Shown one piece after another: positions 45,936 through 59,673 of a stretch of 64,000 bases of DNA. The notes beneath the pieces were generated by a model. The model ran no database searches. It had not been told where the DNA came from and was given only the letters and a program-made list of their open reading frames with translations. This DNA comes from Mycobacterium sp. (GTDB taxonomy: Bacteria > Actinomycetota > Actinomycetes > Mycobacteriales > Mycobacteriaceae): the NCBI GenBank assembly GCA_051006775.1, contig JBPCSX010000148.1. One strand, written 5' to 3'. Position 1 is the stretch's first letter, and each line of letters starts with the position of its first letter. The translations under genes and the position numbers were made by a program.

Positions 45936-46724
45936 TCAGTAGCCGACCGGGCCGGACGGCTGGGCGTAGCGCATCCGCATCGGGCCGGACGAACCGACCA
46001 CCGTGGCGTCGGTCAGCGGTTGCTCGGTGTAGCCCAGGCCGAACCGGATCACGTACTGCTTGTAGAGCCGGATCAGGCGGGCCTCGCCCAACGCTGCCCG
46101 CATGGCAGCGGTGTCCCCGATTGCGGTGATGGTGTACGGCGGGATGTAGGTGCGACCGTTGAGCAGCAGCGTGTTGCCGACGCACCGTGGCGCGGAGGTG
46201 GCGACGATCCGCTGGTCTTGCATCTGGATCGCCTCGGCGCCGCTGCTCCACAGTGCGTTGAGGACCGCGTCGATGTCCTGCTGATGAACCACCAGGTCGT
46301 CAGGGGCGGCGTCGCGGGGGAAGAGCCCGTCCGCGTCGCGCTGGGCGTCGGTGAGGGTGACCACGAGCCCGGGTCCGCGCATCGGGTCGAGCCCGGCCTC
46401 CTCGGCCAGCGCCGCCGACCTGGTCCCGATAGCCGCCAGGGCGGTGCCCGCCGAGGCGCCGTGGGTCGAGTCGATCTGCGCGACGAGAGCATCCCGCTGG
46501 GCGGACAGGCGATCCACCGTGGCCTGTGTGCCGCGCACCAGGTCGACCAGGCGGGGGGAGTCGCTGCCGCGGAGCTCCCGTCCGGCCGACACCAGGTGGG
46601 TGGTGGCCAGTAGCAGGCCCGCCAGCAGGCAGACCGCCGGCACGGCGAAACGCCACCGGGACCGGCCGGGGGTGTCCGCGGTTGTTTCGTCGCACGGTCG
46701 CTGAGTTAGTCTCGTAAGTCTCAT
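45936..46724 (-). CDS. DUF881 membrane protein (Rv0012-like)
   Basis: [34 protein letters not shown]. Confidence 0.9.
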   Translation of the reverse strand: MRLTRLTQRPCDETTADTPGRSRWRFAVPAVCLLAGLLLATTHLVSAGRELRGSDSPRLVDLVRGTQATVDRLSAQRDALVAQIDSTHGASAGTALAAIGTRSAALAEEAGLDPMRGPGLVVTLTDAQRDADGLFPRDAAPDDLVVHQQDIDAVLNALWSSGAEAIQMQDQRIVATSAPRCVGNTLLLNGRTYIPPYTITAIGDTAAMRAALGEARLIRLYKQYVIRFGLGYTEQPLTDATVVGSSGPMRMRYAQPSGPVGY

Positions 46725-46772
46725 AGTCCTATCGGCACCATCGTCGCACCGACTCCGTCGGGGGAGGTAGCC

Positions 46773-47054
46773 ATGCCCAAGTCCAAGGTTCGCAAGAAGA
46801 ACGACTTCACCGTCAAATCGGTCAGCCGCACGCCGGTGAAGGTTAAAGCCGGCCCGTCCAGTGTGTGGTTCGTCGCGTTCTTCATCGGATTGATGCTGAT
46901 CGGTCTGGTGTGGTTGCTGGTGTTCCAGCTTGCCGCGTCCGGTTACGACACCCCGGATGCGCTGCAGTGGATGAGCGACCTGGGTCCGTGGAATTACGCC
47001 ATTGCTTTCGGCTTCATGATCACGGGTCTGCTGCTCACGATGCGCTGGCGATGA
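46773..47054 (+). CDS. crgA: Cell division protein CrgA
   Basis: [12 protein letters not shown], two TM helices, MRWR end. Confidence 0.97.
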   Translation: MPKSKVRKKNDFTVKSVSRTPVKVKAGPSSVWFVAFFIGLMLIGLVWLLVFQLAASGYDTPDALQWMSDLGPWNYAIAFGFMITGLLLTMRWR

Positions 47055-47075
47055 CAGCAATAACAACCGTGTGAT

Positions 47076-47107
47076 TCATCCCCACTGTGGATAACGTCTG
47101 TGGATAA
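47076..47107. promoter_or_regulatory. DnaA-box cluster outside oriC
   Basis: Perfect TGTGGATAA at 47086-47094 and 47099-47107. Degenerate TCATCCCCA at 47076-47084. Confidence 0.88.
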
Positions 47108-47109
47108 CC

Positions 47110-47520
47110 TTGGATAGCCGTGCCTGGGCTCCCCGGGTTGCTGCCGTTCTGGCCACCGGTGCAGCCGGAATCCTGATGGCGGTAGGCGCCGCAGTCGTGG
47201 CCGACGACGCGCCTGGGCGCCTGCTCGGCGGCATCGCCGCCGTCGGCCTCCTGGTGTTCGCCGCCGGTTCCTGGCGGGCCCGCCCACGGCTGGCGCTGAC
47301 CGGAGAGGGTTTGGTCTACCGCGGCTGGTTGCGCACCCGGACGCTGGCCCGCGCCGACATCGATTCGATCCGTATCACCGAATTCCGCCGGATCGGGCGC
47401 AAGGTGCGGTTGCTGGAGATCGACAGCGGCGACAACCTGATAGTGCTCACCCGCTGGGATCTGGGAACCGACCCGCTGAACGTGCTCGACGACCTCACCG
47501 CCGCCGGCTGGGCCGGCTAA
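47110..47520 (+). CDS. Membrane PH-domain protein (Rv0010c-like)
   Basis: WAPR, two TM helices, RARPRL, LLEID, RWDLGTDP. Confidence 0.88.
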   Translation: MDSRAWAPRVAAVLATGAAGILMAVGAAVVADDAPGRLLGGIAAVGLLVFAAGSWRARPRLALTGEGLVYRGWLRTRTLARADIDSIRITEFRRIGRKVRLLEIDSGDNLIVLTRWDLGTDPLNVLDDLTAAGWAG

Positions 47521-47547
47521 ACAGCAGGAGCCGGCTGGGCCGGCTAA
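47503..47547 (+). repeat. 18-bp exact direct repeat duplicating the gene 3' end
   Basis: GCCGGCTGGGCCGGCTAA at 47503-47520 and 47530-47547. Confidence 0.85.
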
Positions 47548-47570
47548 TCAACCGGCGCCGGGTGACACTC

Positions 47571-48101
47571 TCAGGAGATGGTGATCGACTCGATCACAAC
47601 GTCCTCGGACGGACGGTCTCCACGATCGGTTGCGGTACCGGCGATCACATCGACCACCTTCTGCGACTCCTCGTCGAGAACCTCGCCGAAGATGGTGTGC
47701 TTGCGGTTCAGGTGCGGGGTGGGACCGACGGTGATGAAGAACTGCGAACCGTTGGTGCCCGGTCCGGCGTTGGCCATCGCAAGCAGGTAGGGCCGATCGA
47801 ACTGCAACTCGCCGTGGAACTCGTCGGCGAACCGGTAGCCCGGGCCGCCGCGCCCGGTGCCGGTCGGGTCACCACCCTGGATCATGAAGCCATCGATGAC
47901 GCGGTGAAAGATCGAGCCGTCGTAAAACGGTCCGGAGCTGCCTCCGGTGGCGTTCTGCTCGGAGTAATCCTTGGTGCCCTGTGCCAGGCCGACGAAGTTG
48001 GCGACGGTCTTGGGGGCGTGGTTGCCGAACAGGGCGATCTTGATGTCACCGCGGTTGGTGTGCATGGTCGCTGTCGCGGTCGGGATGGGGCTCGTGGTCA
48101 C
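47571..48101 (-). CDS. ppiA: Cyclophilin peptidyl-prolyl isomerase A
   Basis: [32 protein letters not shown]. Confidence 0.97.
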   Translation of the reverse strand: MTTSPIPTATATMHTNRGDIKIALFGNHAPKTVANFVGLAQGTKDYSEQNATGGSSGPFYDGSIFHRVIDGFMIQGGDPTGTGRGGPGYRFADEFHGELQFDRPYLLAMANAGPGTNGSQFFITVGPTPHLNRKHTIFGEVLDEESQKVVDVIAGTATDRGDRPSEDVVIESITIS

Positions 48102-48189
48102 CGGATCAGTGTGCCACTCGCACTCTGCGGTGCCCCTATCAGGGTGCGCCAGCGAGACCGTCGCACGCGTGACGGCCCTGAAAGTTCTG

Positions 48190-48262
48190 TGGAGCCTAGG
48201 AGATTCGAACTCCTGACATCTGCCTTGCAAAGGCAGCGCTCTACCAACTGAGCTAAGGCCCC
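48190..48262 (-). tRNA. alaT: tRNA-Ala(TGC)
   Basis: GGGGCCTTAGCTCAGTTGGTAGAGCG-CTGCCT-TTGCA-AGGCAG...GTTCGAATC. Confidence 0.97.
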
Positions 48263-48274
48263 TCGTCGACCTGA

Positions 48275-48382
48275 TCAGCCGAGGCTGTGCCACACCTCAC
48301 CGTGCCGGCGAGTACGCAGCGTCACCGCGACCAGCACCAGCACCGCCAGCGTCACGACCGTATTTCGCGTTGACCAGGTCAT
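48275..48382 (-). CDS. 35-aa single-TM small protein between the two tRNAs (below ORF-track cutoff)
   Basis: [35 protein letters not shown]. Hydrophobic stretch followed by a basic patch. Confidence 0.6.
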   Translation of the reverse strand: MTWSTRNTVVTLAVLVLVAVTLRTRRHGEVWHSLG

Positions 48383-48384
48383 CG

Positions 48385-48458
48385 TGGGCCTAGGAGGACT
48401 CGAACCTCCGACCTCTTCGTTATCAGCGAAGCGCTCTAACCACCTGAGCTATAGGCCC
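48385..48458 (-). tRNA. ileT: tRNA-Ile(GAT)
   Basis: GGGCCTATAGCTCAGGTGGTTAGAGCG-CTTCG-CTGATAA-CGAAG...GTTCGAGTC. Confidence 0.97.
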
Positions 48459-48533
48459 GTAATCGCACGCGAAGGTTACCGCACCGGCACCCACGTGCCC
48501 AAACCGCCGAGGGCCGCAGGCGCCGGCGAGAAG

Positions 48534-49328
48534 TCAGTCCAAATCGGCGAGGGTCACCTCGACACCACCGACGATATCGGTGCTGAGGTTGTAGATGTAG
48601 GCGCCGACGGTGGCCATCGCCGTCAGCAGCACGATATTGACCAGGCCGATCAAGGCGGCGCCGCCGAAGATCGAGCCGGCCGAGACCAAGTCGCTTCCGC
48701 CGCCGCTGCCGCTGGTGAGAAGATCACCGACGTTGCTGTTGAGCATGCTCCACACGCCCATCGCCCCGAGCACCAGGTAGAGAAACGCCACGGCGATCAT
48801 CCACACGAAGAAGAGCGCCACGTTCAGCAGTGCCGATACTTTCAGCGCGCTCCACGGGTCGATATAGCGAATCTGCATGGTCGCTCGTAACCCGTTACCG
48901 GCGGCGCGGCTGCCGGCAAGCTGGAACCGATTCGCCAGCGATACCGTGGGCCGCGACGCGGGGGCCGGTTCCGCGGCCGGCATACGCGGGGCCGGAGGTT
49001 TGGCCACCCCGCCGGAGAGGTTCGGCAACTCGCTGGGGTAGGCCTCCATCGAGTTGACTTCGGTGCGTTCGGCCCGCGACTCGGCTCGCACCTGCTCGGG
49101 GTCCGGTCGCTGCGGGATCCCACCCATTGCGGACAGATCCGGAGCCGCCACCCCGGTGACGTACCGGCTGGCGCGCATACTGGCGCCCTGGGGCGGCGGG
49201 CCGGCCTGGGGCGCCTGCCGGGAAGGCGTGGACTCGCCGCGACGGGTGGCGTTCTGCCACGGCGGCGGCTCAGTCGTTGCGTCGCCGTCCACCGGGCGAG
49301 AGCCTGGCTCGTTGGGTGAACCCACCAC
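48534..49328 (-). CDS. DUF3566 membrane protein (Rv0007-like)
   Basis: Disordered N-terminus, IRYIDPWSALKVS, IYNL..D.VGGVEVTLAD. Confidence 0.9.
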   Translation of the reverse strand: MVGSPNEPGSRPVDGDATTEPPPWQNATRRGESTPSRQAPQAGPPPQGASMRASRYVTGVAAPDLSAMGGIPQRPDPEQVRAESRAERTEVNSMEAYPSELPNLSGGVAKPPAPRMPAAEPAPASRPTVSLANRFQLAGSRAAGNGLRATMQIRYIDPWSALKVSALLNVALFFVWMIAVAFLYLVLGAMGVWSMLNSNVGDLLTSGSGGGSDLVSAGSIFGGAALIGLVNIVLLTAMATVGAYIYNLSTDIVGGVEVTLADLD

Positions 49329-49353
49329 TTCTCCTCACCTGTGCCGCGCGGCC

Positions 49354-51876
49354 TTACGTCGCGTCGGCGTCCTCTCCGGCCTCGTCCTCGCCCTGCTCTT
49401 CGGAGCCCTGCTCCTCAGCATTGCGGGCAATGGCTATCAGTGTGTCGCCCTCGCCCAGGTTCATCAAGCGAACGCCCTTGGTTTGGCGCCCCGCCTTGCG
49501 GACCTGCCGTGCCGCAGTACGAATCACTCCTCCGCCGGAGGTGATGGCGTACAGCTCGCTGTCGTCATCGACCACCAGCGCGCCCACCAGACTGCCACGG
49601 CGGGCGTCGTACTGGATGGTCAGGATGCCTTTACCGCCGCGGCCCTGCGGGCTGTACTCCTCGATCGCGGTGCGCTTGGAGAAGCCGCCGGCGGTGGCGA
49701 CCAGCAGATAGGTTCCCTCACGGACCACGTTCAACGACAACAGCTCATCGTCGGCGTTGAATCGCATGCCCTGCACACCGGACGTTGCCCGGCCCATCGG
49801 GCGCAGCGCCTCATCGGTGGCGGAGAACCTGATCGACTGGCCCTTCGCGCTCACCAGCAGCAGGTCCTCCTCGGCGGAGCACAGCACCGCACCCACCAGC
49901 TCGTCGCCGTCGCGCAGATTGACCGCCACGATGCCGCCCGAGCGGTTGGAGTCGAAGTCGGTCAGCTTGGACTTCTTCACCAGGCCGTTGCGGGTGGCAA
50001 GCACCAGATACGGGGCATCCTCGTAGGTCTTGATCTGGATGACCTGCGCGATGCGCTCGTCGGGCTGGAATGCCAGCAGGTTGGCCACGTGCTGCCCGCG
50101 GGCCGCCCGCAGCGACTCCGGCAGCTCATAGGCCTTCGCCCGGTAGACCCGGCCCTGCGTGGTGAAGAACAGGATCCAATCGTGGGTGGAGCAGACAAAG
50201 AAGTGCCGCACGATGTCGTCCTGCTTGAGCGCGGCGCCCTGCACGCCCTTGCCGCCGCGCTTCTGGCTGCGGTACAGGTCGGTCTTGGTCCGCTTGGCGT
50301 AGCCGGTCTCGGTGATCGTCACGACCACCTCTTCACGGGCGATGAGGTCTTCGTCCGACACCTCGCCCTCGGCGCCGACTATGCGGGTGCGCCGATCGTC
50401 ACCGTGCTTCTCGACGATCTCAGCGAGCTCGTCGCGCACGATGCCGCGCTGGCGCTCCGGCTTGGCCAGAATGTCCTCGAGGTCGGCGATCTCGGTCTCG
50501 ATCTCGGCCAGTTGGTCGACGATCTTCTGCCGCTCCAGGGCAGCCAGCCGGCGCAGCTGCATGTCGAGGATGGCCTGGGCCTGGATATCGTCGATATCGA
50601 GTAGTTCGATCAGGCCGGTCCTGGCGACGTCGACGGTCTCCGACGCGCGGATCAACGCGATCACCGCGTCGAGGGCGTCAAGTGCCTTGACCAGACCGCG
50701 CAGGATGTGGGCCCGTTCGTTGGCCTTGCGCAGCCGGTAGGTGGTCCGCCGCACGATCACGTCGAGCTGGTGCGCCACGTAGTAGCGGATCATCTGGTCC
50801 AGCCGCAGGGTGCGCGGCACACCGTCAACGATCGAAAGCATGTTGCAGCCGAAGCTGGTCTGCAGCTGGGTGTGCTTGTAGAGGTTGTTCAGCACCACCT
50901 TGGCGACGGCATCGCGTTTGATCTCCACGACGATGCGCAGGCCCACCCGGTCGCTGGACTGGTCCTCGATGTTGGAGATTCCGGCAAGCTTGCCTTCGCG
51001 CACCTGATCGGCGATCGAGGTGATGAAGTTGTCGTGGTTGACCTGGTAGGGCAACTCGGTGATGACGATGCCGGTTCGCCCGCGGGAGTCCTCTTCGATC
51101 TCCACCACACCGCGCATCCGGACCGAGCCTCGGCCGGTTGTGTAGGCGTCGATGACACCGGAGGTGCCGACGATCAAACCGGAGGTCGGGAAGTCCGGCC
51201 CCTTGATCCGTTCGATCATCGCCGCGAGTGTGGTTTCCTCATCGGCCTCGTGGTTCTCCAGGCACCAGTAGACGGCGTCGGCGAGTTCGCGGAGATTGTG
51301 CGGCGGGATGTTGGTGGCCATGCCGACGGCGATACCACCGGAGCCGTTGGCAAGCAGGTTGGGAAAGCGGCTCGGCAGAACCGTCGGCTCCTGCACCCGG
51401 CCGTCGTAGTTGGGAACGAAATCGACTGTCTCCTCGTCGATTTCACGGAGCATATCCATGGCCAGCGGAGTGAGCCGGGCCTCGGTGTACCTCATGGCGG
51501 CCGGCGGGTCGTTACCCGGCGAGCCGAAGTTGCCCTGCCCGTCGACCAACGGGTAGCGCAGCGACCACGGCTGGGCCATCCGGACCAGGGTGTCGTAAAT
51601 CGAGGAGTCGCCGTGCGGGTGATAGTTGCCCATCGTCTCGGCGACCGAGCGCGCCGACTTGGCGTGGCTGCGGTCGGGCCGGAACCCGGAGTCGTACATG
51701 GCGTAGAGCACCCGGCGGTGCACCGGCTTGAGGCCGTCTCGCACTTCGGGCAACGCGCGCCCGACGATGACGCTCATCGCGTAGTCGATGTAGCTGTTCT
51801 GCATCTCCTGCTGGATGTCGACAGGTTCGATCCGGTCGCCAGTGGTCCCGTCGGGCGGCAGGGTGGTGTCAGTCAT
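49354..51876 (-). CDS. gyrA: DNA gyrase subunit A
   Basis: [14 protein letters not shown] catalytic Tyr, QKRGGKG GyrA-box. Confidence 0.99.
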   Translation of the reverse strand: MTDTTLPPDGTTGDRIEPVDIQQEMQNSYIDYAMSVIVGRALPEVRDGLKPVHRRVLYAMYDSGFRPDRSHAKSARSVAETMGNYHPHGDSSIYDTLVRMAQPWSLRYPLVDGQGNFGSPGNDPPAAMRYTEARLTPLAMDMLREIDEETVDFVPNYDGRVQEPTVLPSRFPNLLANGSGGIAVGMATNIPPHNLRELADAVYWCLENHEADEETTLAAMIERIKGPDFPTSGLIVGTSGVIDAYTTGRGSVRMRGVVEIEEDSRGRTGIVITELPYQVNHDNFITSIADQVREGKLAGISNIEDQSSDRVGLRIVVEIKRDAVAKVVLNNLYKHTQLQTSFGCNMLSIVDGVPRTLRLDQMIRYYVAHQLDVIVRRTTYRLRKANERAHILRGLVKALDALDAVIALIRASETVDVARTGLIELLDIDDIQAQAILDMQLRRLAALERQKIVDQLAEIETEIADLEDILAKPERQRGIVRDELAEIVEKHGDDRRTRIVGAEGEVSDEDLIAREEVVVTITETGYAKRTKTDLYRSQKRGGKGVQGAALKQDDIVRHFFVCSTHDWILFFTTQGRVYRAKAYELPESLRAARGQHVANLLAFQPDERIAQVIQIKTYEDAPYLVLATRNGLVKKSKLTDFDSNRSGGIVAVNLRDGDELVGAVLCSAEEDLLLVSAKGQSIRFSATDEALRPMGRATSGVQGMRFNADDELLSLNVVREGTYLLVATAGGFSKRTAIEEYSPQGRGGKGILTIQYDARRGSLVGALVVDDDSELYAITSGGGVIRTAARQVRKAGRQTKGVRLMNLGEGDTLIAIARNAEEQGSEEQGEDEAGEDADAT

Positions 51877-51909
51877 CTGATTCAGTCCCTAATCGGCTAA
51901 AAATCGTCG

Positions 51910-54057
<2,148 letters not shown>

Positions 54058-54179
54058 CTATTTGGACCGTGCGCGGAATATCTCGGATCGACTCTCGTCC
54101 GGACGCTTGACACGCCCGGTTTTGGCGTCCTGGTGGCGCTGAGGCTAGGCCAATGTGGTAAGCATTCGGCGGGTCCGGC

Positions 54180-54737
54180 CTATCCGTAGGTGTCGCGCGG
54201 ACCTCTCCCCCGGACATGCAGCGGTCCCTTCCGCCACGACGGCGCCACCGGGCCGGTGATTTTGAGTGCGGTCACCACACCATCGCCCACCGCCGCGGCG
54301 ATCTTGGCTAAGAGTTGCGCCTGAACCATACGAAGTTGGGTCGCCCAGGCCGTGGACTCGGCGGCCACGTGCAAGACACCCTCACGCAGCGAGGTCGGCG
54401 TGGCGTGTTCGGCGATCTGCTCCCCGACCACGCTCGCCCATTCAGCGAAGACGGTGCCCTCGGCAACGCGCCCGGACCAGCCCTGGGTCTTGGCCAACTC
54501 GCGCGAAACCCGCCCGACCGGTTGGGGGTCACGGCTATCGGGACCGGGCCCCGACCAGCGCCGACGGTTGTCCCGCGGGTTGCCGGTGCGCTGCTTCCTC
54601 GGGGAACGGCGACCGTGGCCGACATCTTTACCCTGGCCGCGGGCTGCAGCTCGGGCCTCCTCGAGTGCGCGGCGCACGAGATCCATTCCGGGCACATCTT
54701 TGAGGTGGTCGGGCGGCAGGTCATCGGGTTCGGTCAT
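54180..54737 (-). CDS. DUF721/DciA-like protein (Rv0004-like)
   Basis: [30 protein letters not shown]...RGPRDTYG. Confidence 0.92.
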   Translation of the reverse strand: MTEPDDLPPDHLKDVPGMDLVRRALEEARAAARGQGKDVGHGRRSPRKQRTGNPRDNRRRWSGPGPDSRDPQPVGRVSRELAKTQGWSGRVAEGTVFAEWASVVGEQIAEHATPTSLREGVLHVAAESTAWATQLRMVQAQLLAKIAAAVGDGVVTALKITGPVAPSWRKGPLHVRGRGPRDTYG

Positions 54738-55882
54738 GCGCTCACCTCCGATCCCCGTCCGGACTCATCCTCGCGCATGTGGATCGCGATCCGGGTGGCC
54801 TCCCAGTCGGCCGGAATGTCGTCGCCGACAGCCGCGGTGACCAGGACCTGTTCCGCCGATGCGGCGACCCCGGCCAGCGCGCGGCGCCGGGAGTCGTCGA
54901 GTTCGGCGAACACGTCGTCGAGGATGAGAATCGGCTCGCTGCCCTCAGCGCGCAACAACTCGTAGGCGGCCAGCCTCAGCGCAAGTGCCATCGACCATGA
55001 CTCGCCATGGCTGGCGAACCCTTTCGCCGGTTGGTCCCCGAGCCGCAGTTCCAGATCATCGCGGTGCGGACCGACCAGGCACACCCCCCGCTCGAGTTCA
55101 GCATTGCGCCGGGCGGCCAGGCCCGCCAGCAGCGCGGCCTCGAGATACTCCACATCGGCGGTATCGGATCCTGCTGGGTCGATACTTGGCCGATAGCTGA
55201 TCGCAGCGGGCCGCGATGCGGGCGCGAGTAGCTGGTAGGCCTTCTCCACTTCCGGGCCGAGCTGATTGATCAGTTCGAGTCGGGCGGCCATCAACTGCGC
55301 GCCATGGGCAGCAAGGTGGCCGTCCCACACATCGAGGGTTTCGAGAACCCCGTGATCCCCCCGGAATCGGGCAGCCGAGGCCGACTTCAGCAGAGCCGTG
55401 CGCTGTTTGAGAACCTTGTCGTAGTCAGCGCGTACACCGGCAATTGTCGGCCGTCGCAGGGTCGCCAACTCGTCGAGATAGCGCCGTCGCTCGGCGGGGT
55501 CGCCGCGGACCAGTGCCAGATCCTCGGGCGCGAACAACACCGCGCGCACCGCCCCCAGGACCTCGCGTGTACTGCGTACCGGTGAGCGATTCAGCCGCGC
55601 TTTGTTCGCTCGCCCAGCCGCGATCTCGATATCGACAGCGAGTTCGCGGCCCTCGTTGACCACAATCGCCGAGACGACGGCCCGTTCGGCGCCGGCCCTG
55701 ACCAATGGGGCGTCGGTTCCCACCCGGTGGGAACCGAGGGTCGCGCAGTACCACAGAGCCTCCACGATGTTCGTTTTTCCGAACCCGTTGGGTCCGACGA
55801 ATACCGTGCGGCCCGGGGAGAGCTCGAGATCCAGGGCAGACCAGGACCGGAAGTCGTGCAGAGCAAGGTGTCGGACATACAT
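54734..55882 (-). CDS. recF: DNA replication/repair protein RecF
   Basis: [29 protein letters not shown]. Confidence 0.98.
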   Translation of the reverse strand: MYVRHLALHDFRSWSALDLELSPGRTVFVGPNGFGKTNIVEALWYCATLGSHRVGTDAPLVRAGAERAVVSAIVVNEGRELAVDIEIAAGRANKARLNRSPVRSTREVLGAVRAVLFAPEDLALVRGDPAERRRYLDELATLRRPTIAGVRADYDKVLKQRTALLKSASAARFRGDHGVLETLDVWDGHLAAHGAQLMAARLELINQLGPEVEKAYQLLAPASRPAAISYRPSIDPAGSDTADVEYLEAALLAGLAARRNAELERGVCLVGPHRDDLELRLGDQPAKGFASHGESWSMALALRLAAYELLRAEGSEPILILDDVFAELDDSRRRALAGVAASAEQVLVTAAVGDDIPADWEATRIAIHMREDESGRGSEVSA

Positions 55883-55923
55883 GGTCGCGGGTGGGCCCTA
55901 TCCGGATAGTGGAACCCTCAAGG

Positions 55924-57117
55924 TCAGCCGGGCAGGCGGACCGGCATCAGCAGGTACACGTAATCGGTGTCCCCGGCTGGGAACGGGCCCACTGATGAGT
56001 CGTCCGGAGCGCTGTCACCAGCGGGCCGCAGCACCGCCGGCTTACTGGCCGTGGTGAATCCGAAGGTCACCCGATCACTGTGCAATGAGCCGAGACCATC
56101 GGTCAGGTAAGTCGGGTTGAAAGCAATGGTCAACGGTTCTCCGACGAAGTCGACCGCGAGATCCTCTTCGGCCAGACCCACGCCGTCAGCACCACCGGCC
56201 GCCAGGTGCAGCACATCGGCGGCGAACTCCATCCGGACTTGGGCACCGCGGTCGGCGACCAGGGCCACTCGTTTGATGGCGTCGGTGAGCTCGGCCACCC
56301 CGACGGTCGCCAGCGCAGTGTGCTCAGTGGGTAGCAGCTGACGAAATTTCGGGAACTCGGTGTCCAGCAGGCGCGTGGTGCTGCGCTTTCCGGCACTGCG
56401 AATTCCGAGGAGACGTTCCTCGCCAACCGACGCGCCGGCGCCCAGCGCGAGGTGGACATCGGAACCAGAAGTCACAGCCTTGGCGGCTTCGGCGAGGGTT
56501 TTCGCCGGGACCAGAACCGCGGCATCGACACCCGGGGAGTTGGTGGACCATGTGAGTTCCCGTACGGCCAGGCGGAACCGGTCGGTTGCTGAGAGGACCA
56601 CCTTGTCACCGGAAATCTCGACCCGGATTCCGGTCAGCATCGGCAGGGTGTCATCTCGACCGGCGGCGACCGCAACCTGTCCCACGGCCTCGGTGAACAG
56701 GTCGGCAGCAACCACGCCGGTCTCCGCCGGGAGCGTCGGAAGAGCCGGGTAGTCCTCGACCGGCATGGCGGGGAGGGAAAATTTTGCACTCCCACAACTC
56801 AGAAGAACACGATTTCCGTCGACGCTGACGTCGACGGGCTTGGCCGGCAAGGCCCGGGTGATATCCGACAAAAGACGCCCGGAGAACAAAACTGTTCCCG
56901 GAGAAGCGATTTCGGCGGGAATGAGCACTTCACTGGACACGTCGTAGTCGAATCCGGCGATTTTCAGACCTTCGTCGGATCCGGTGATCAACACGCCGGC
57001 CAGGACGGGGACGGCCGGCCGGCTGGGAAGACTCCGGGCCACCCAGGCAACCGCATCGGCGAAATCCTCACGGACCAGGCGAAATCTCAAATCGGAGCCC
57101 ACCGTTGTGGTCGCCAC
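55924..57117 (-). CDS. dnaN: DNA polymerase III beta clamp
   Basis: [35 protein letters not shown]. Confidence 0.98.
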   Translation of the reverse strand: MATTTVGSDLRFRLVREDFADAVAWVARSLPSRPAVPVLAGVLITGSDEGLKIAGFDYDVSSEVLIPAEIASPGTVLFSGRLLSDITRALPAKPVDVSVDGNRVLLSCGSAKFSLPAMPVEDYPALPTLPAETGVVAADLFTEAVGQVAVAAGRDDTLPMLTGIRVEISGDKVVLSATDRFRLAVRELTWSTNSPGVDAAVLVPAKTLAEAAKAVTSGSDVHLALGAGASVGEERLLGIRSAGKRSTTRLLDTEFPKFRQLLPTEHTALATVGVAELTDAIKRVALVADRGAQVRMEFAADVLHLAAGGADGVGLAEEDLAVDFVGEPLTIAFNPTYLTDGLGSLHSDRVTFGFTTASKPAVLRPAGDSAPDDSSVGPFPAGDTDYVYLLMPVRLPG

Positions 57118-57147
57118 GTTCAATCGTGTCCCTTCATCACCCGGCAA

Positions 57148-57599
57148 CGCCGCCGTTACCGTGCGGTCCGATGACCAACCGTAAAGCGTCGGTGCCCATC
57201 TTGAACGTTAAATGCCAGGGCTGACAACCCGGACGAAAGCGGCCCCGGAGGGCGGCCGGTGCGAGTTTTCCCCAGGGCCCTTCTTCTAGAAGAAAACCTT
57301 TAAGTAACTGACAGCAATAGTAATAGGTGCTGTGCAAGCTGTGGATTACCGGGTATCGAACCTGATCAGGTGGGGTAGCGGGTTGTGGATGGATTGTGGA
57401 CAGCTGTGGACGCGTCTAGGACTGGCTGTGGAAGGAATTCGGGCCTCCGCAGTTGTTCGGTTCGAACGGCGCGTCTGCTCTGTAGTTCCTAACAAGGTCT
57501 ACACAACCTGATGGTGTGAACACTGATACGGGTGCGGCCAAAGTTTTTTGGTGACGTCTGCAGTTTGCGGCGTCGATTGGCGTTGAGTACCGGCAAATC
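57148..57599. other. Chromosomal replication origin oriC (dnaA-dnaN intergenic)
   Basis: AT-rich element about 57283-57330. DnaA-box-like TGTGGA repeats at 57340, 57384, 57395, 57405, 57427. Expected mycobacterial location. Confidence 0.92.
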
Positions 57600-59081
57600 T
57601 CAGCGCTTGGACCGCTGACGGATCCGCGTGGTGAGTTCCTTCACGTGATCGAAGACCTCGCGGCGGTAAGCCATTTCATTGAGGATCTTCTTCTGGGCGT
57701 ACATGACAGTCGTGTGGTCGCGGCCGAACGCCTGGCCGATCTTCGGAAGTGACAGGTCGGTGAGTTCGCGGCAGAGATACATCGCGATCTGGCGAGATTG
57801 AGCCAACGCACGGGTTTTACCCGGTCCACGCAGTTCCTCGACGGTGGTCTCGAAGTACTCGGCGGTGGCGGCCATGATCATCGCCGAGCTGATCTGTGCA
57901 GTGCCGGCGTCGGCAATCAGGTCCCGCAGCACTATCTCGGCGAGAGCCGTATCGATCGGCGCCCTGTTGAGTGATGCAAACGCGGTTACCCGAATGAGTG
58001 CGCCCTCTAGTTCGCGGATGTTGCGTTCGATGCTGCTGGCGATGAGCTCCAGGACATCGTCGGGTACGTCCAAGCGTTCCATCTGCGCTTTCTTGCGCAG
58101 AATAGCGATCCGGGTTTCCAATTCCGGCGGCTGGACGTCGGTGATCAGACCCCACTCGAACCGGGTTCGGAGCCGGTCCTCGAGGGTGGCCAGTTTCTTG
58201 GGCGGGCGATCGGAGGAGATCACGATCTGCTTGTTGGCGTTGTGGAGGGTGTTGAAGGTGTGGAAGAACTCCTCCTGGATGCCCTCCTTACCCTCGATGA
58301 ACTGGATGTCATCGACTAAAAGCACGTCGATGTCCCGGTAGCTGCGCTTGAACGCCACCCGGCGGTCATCGCGCAGCGAGTTGATGAAGTCGTTGGTGAA
58401 TTCCTCGGTCGAGACGTACTTGACCCGCATTCCGGGAAAAAGCCGCTGGGCGTAGTTACCGGCGGCGTGCAGGAGGTGCGTTTTGCCCAGACCGGACTCA
58501 CCCCAGATGAACAGCGGATTGTACGCACGTGCGGGTGCCTCGGCGATCGCCAGAGCAGCAGCATGGGCGAAGCGGTTCGATGCGCCGATGATGAATGTGT
58601 CAAAGGTGTACCTGCGGTTGAGGCTGGTCTCGGCTTTCTCACCGGAGCCATTGTCCCGCGGCTTTTCGATGAAGTAGCTCGGCCAGGTCTCGTGCGCGCT
58701 GGCCAGCGCTTCACTGTCTTCGTCGACCTCGTCCAGATCAGACTCAACCCCACCGGCCTCGGCGGCACCCGGGGCATCGTCGCCGGACGGTTCGATACGT
58801 ACGCCGAGCTCGACGCGTTGACCCAACCGTCGGCTGAGGGCGTCGACTATCGGTGTTCGGAGGTGGCGCTCGATTTCGTTCTGTACGAATGAACTTGGCA
58901 CCGACAGCAGGGCGAATCCCTCGGCGATGGTCAACGGTCGGACCAGTTTGAGCCAAGCCCGCTGCTGGGGGGTGAGCGGATTGTCGGTGGGGCCGCCGGC
59001 CGCCCCGTCGTGGTCGCCGTTGAGTTCGGCGACCACCGAACCCCAAACGGTGGCGAAATCAGAACCTGGGTCGTCCCCCAA
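57600..59081 (-). CDS. dnaA: Replication initiator DnaA (TTG start)
   Basis: [33 protein letters not shown]. Confidence 0.98.
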   Translation of the reverse strand: MGDDPGSDFATVWGSVVAELNGDHDGAAGGPTDNPLTPQQRAWLKLVRPLTIAEGFALLSVPSSFVQNEIERHLRTPIVDALSRRLGQRVELGVRIEPSGDDAPGAAEAGGVESDLDEVDEDSEALASAHETWPSYFIEKPRDNGSGEKAETSLNRRYTFDTFIIGASNRFAHAAALAIAEAPARAYNPLFIWGESGLGKTHLLHAAGNYAQRLFPGMRVKYVSTEEFTNDFINSLRDDRRVAFKRSYRDIDVLLVDDIQFIEGKEGIQEEFFHTFNTLHNANKQIVISSDRPPKKLATLEDRLRTRFEWGLITDVQPPELETRIAILRKKAQMERLDVPDDVLELIASSIERNIRELEGALIRVTAFASLNRAPIDTALAEIVLRDLIADAGTAQISSAMIMAATAEYFETTVEELRGPGKTRALAQSRQIAMYLCRELTDLSLPKIGQAFGRDHTTVMYAQKKILNEMAYRREVFDHVKELTTRIRQRSKR

Positions 59082-59134
59082 CAACAGGTCCCCCAGTTCA
59101 AATCTTGGCGTTGAAAAAAGACGGTGTCCCGAAA

Positions 59135-59166
59135 CTGTCCACATAGTTATCCACAGTTGTGTACAG
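59135..59166. promoter_or_regulatory. DnaA boxes upstream of dnaA (autoregulation)
   Basis: CTGTCCACA 59135-59143, TTATCCACA 59147-59155, inverted CTGTACACA 59158-59166. Confidence 0.85.
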
Positions 59167-59512
59167 GTAGGGGTATTCCTTATTCGCAGCGTATCGGCAG
59201 TAAATGTCTGTTGGCTGCGAATCGGACAGGAGGGTCCGGAGTCGTTGCCCTGCCAGAAGCTAACAGGTTTCCAGCCGGGTGCCAACCGGTGAACAATGCC
59301 GCCCGCGCCCGCTCGGACGGCTGACCCGGATAGGGCGGTTTGACCTGCGCAAGTGCGGTCAGTACCCTCGACTCGTCGCCCGAATGTGGTGATACGGCTG
59401 CGACCGGGTCCTCCGGGGCCGCGCCGGTTAGTGCCAAGCTGATCGATAGCGACCACGTTGTCCGAGGAAACGTCCCCGGAGCGCGGCCTGCGAATGACGA
59501 GGAGACATAGCC

Positions 59513-59656
59513 GTGGCCAAGGGCAAGCGGACCTTCCAGCCGAACAACCGTCGGCGGGCCAGGGTGCATGGGTTTCGTCTGCGGATGCGCACTCGCGCCG
59601 GCCGGGCAATCGTCTCGGGTCGTCGGCGCAAGGGCCGTCGCTCGCTGACTGCCTGA
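59513..59656 (+). CDS. rpmH: 50S ribosomal protein L34 (not in ORF track)
   Basis: [47 protein letters not shown]. Confidence 0.98.
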   Translation: MAKGKRTFQPNNRRRARVHGFRLRMRTRAGRAIVSGRRRKGRRSLTA

Positions 59657-59673
59657 CCAACCGGTCGCCCAAC

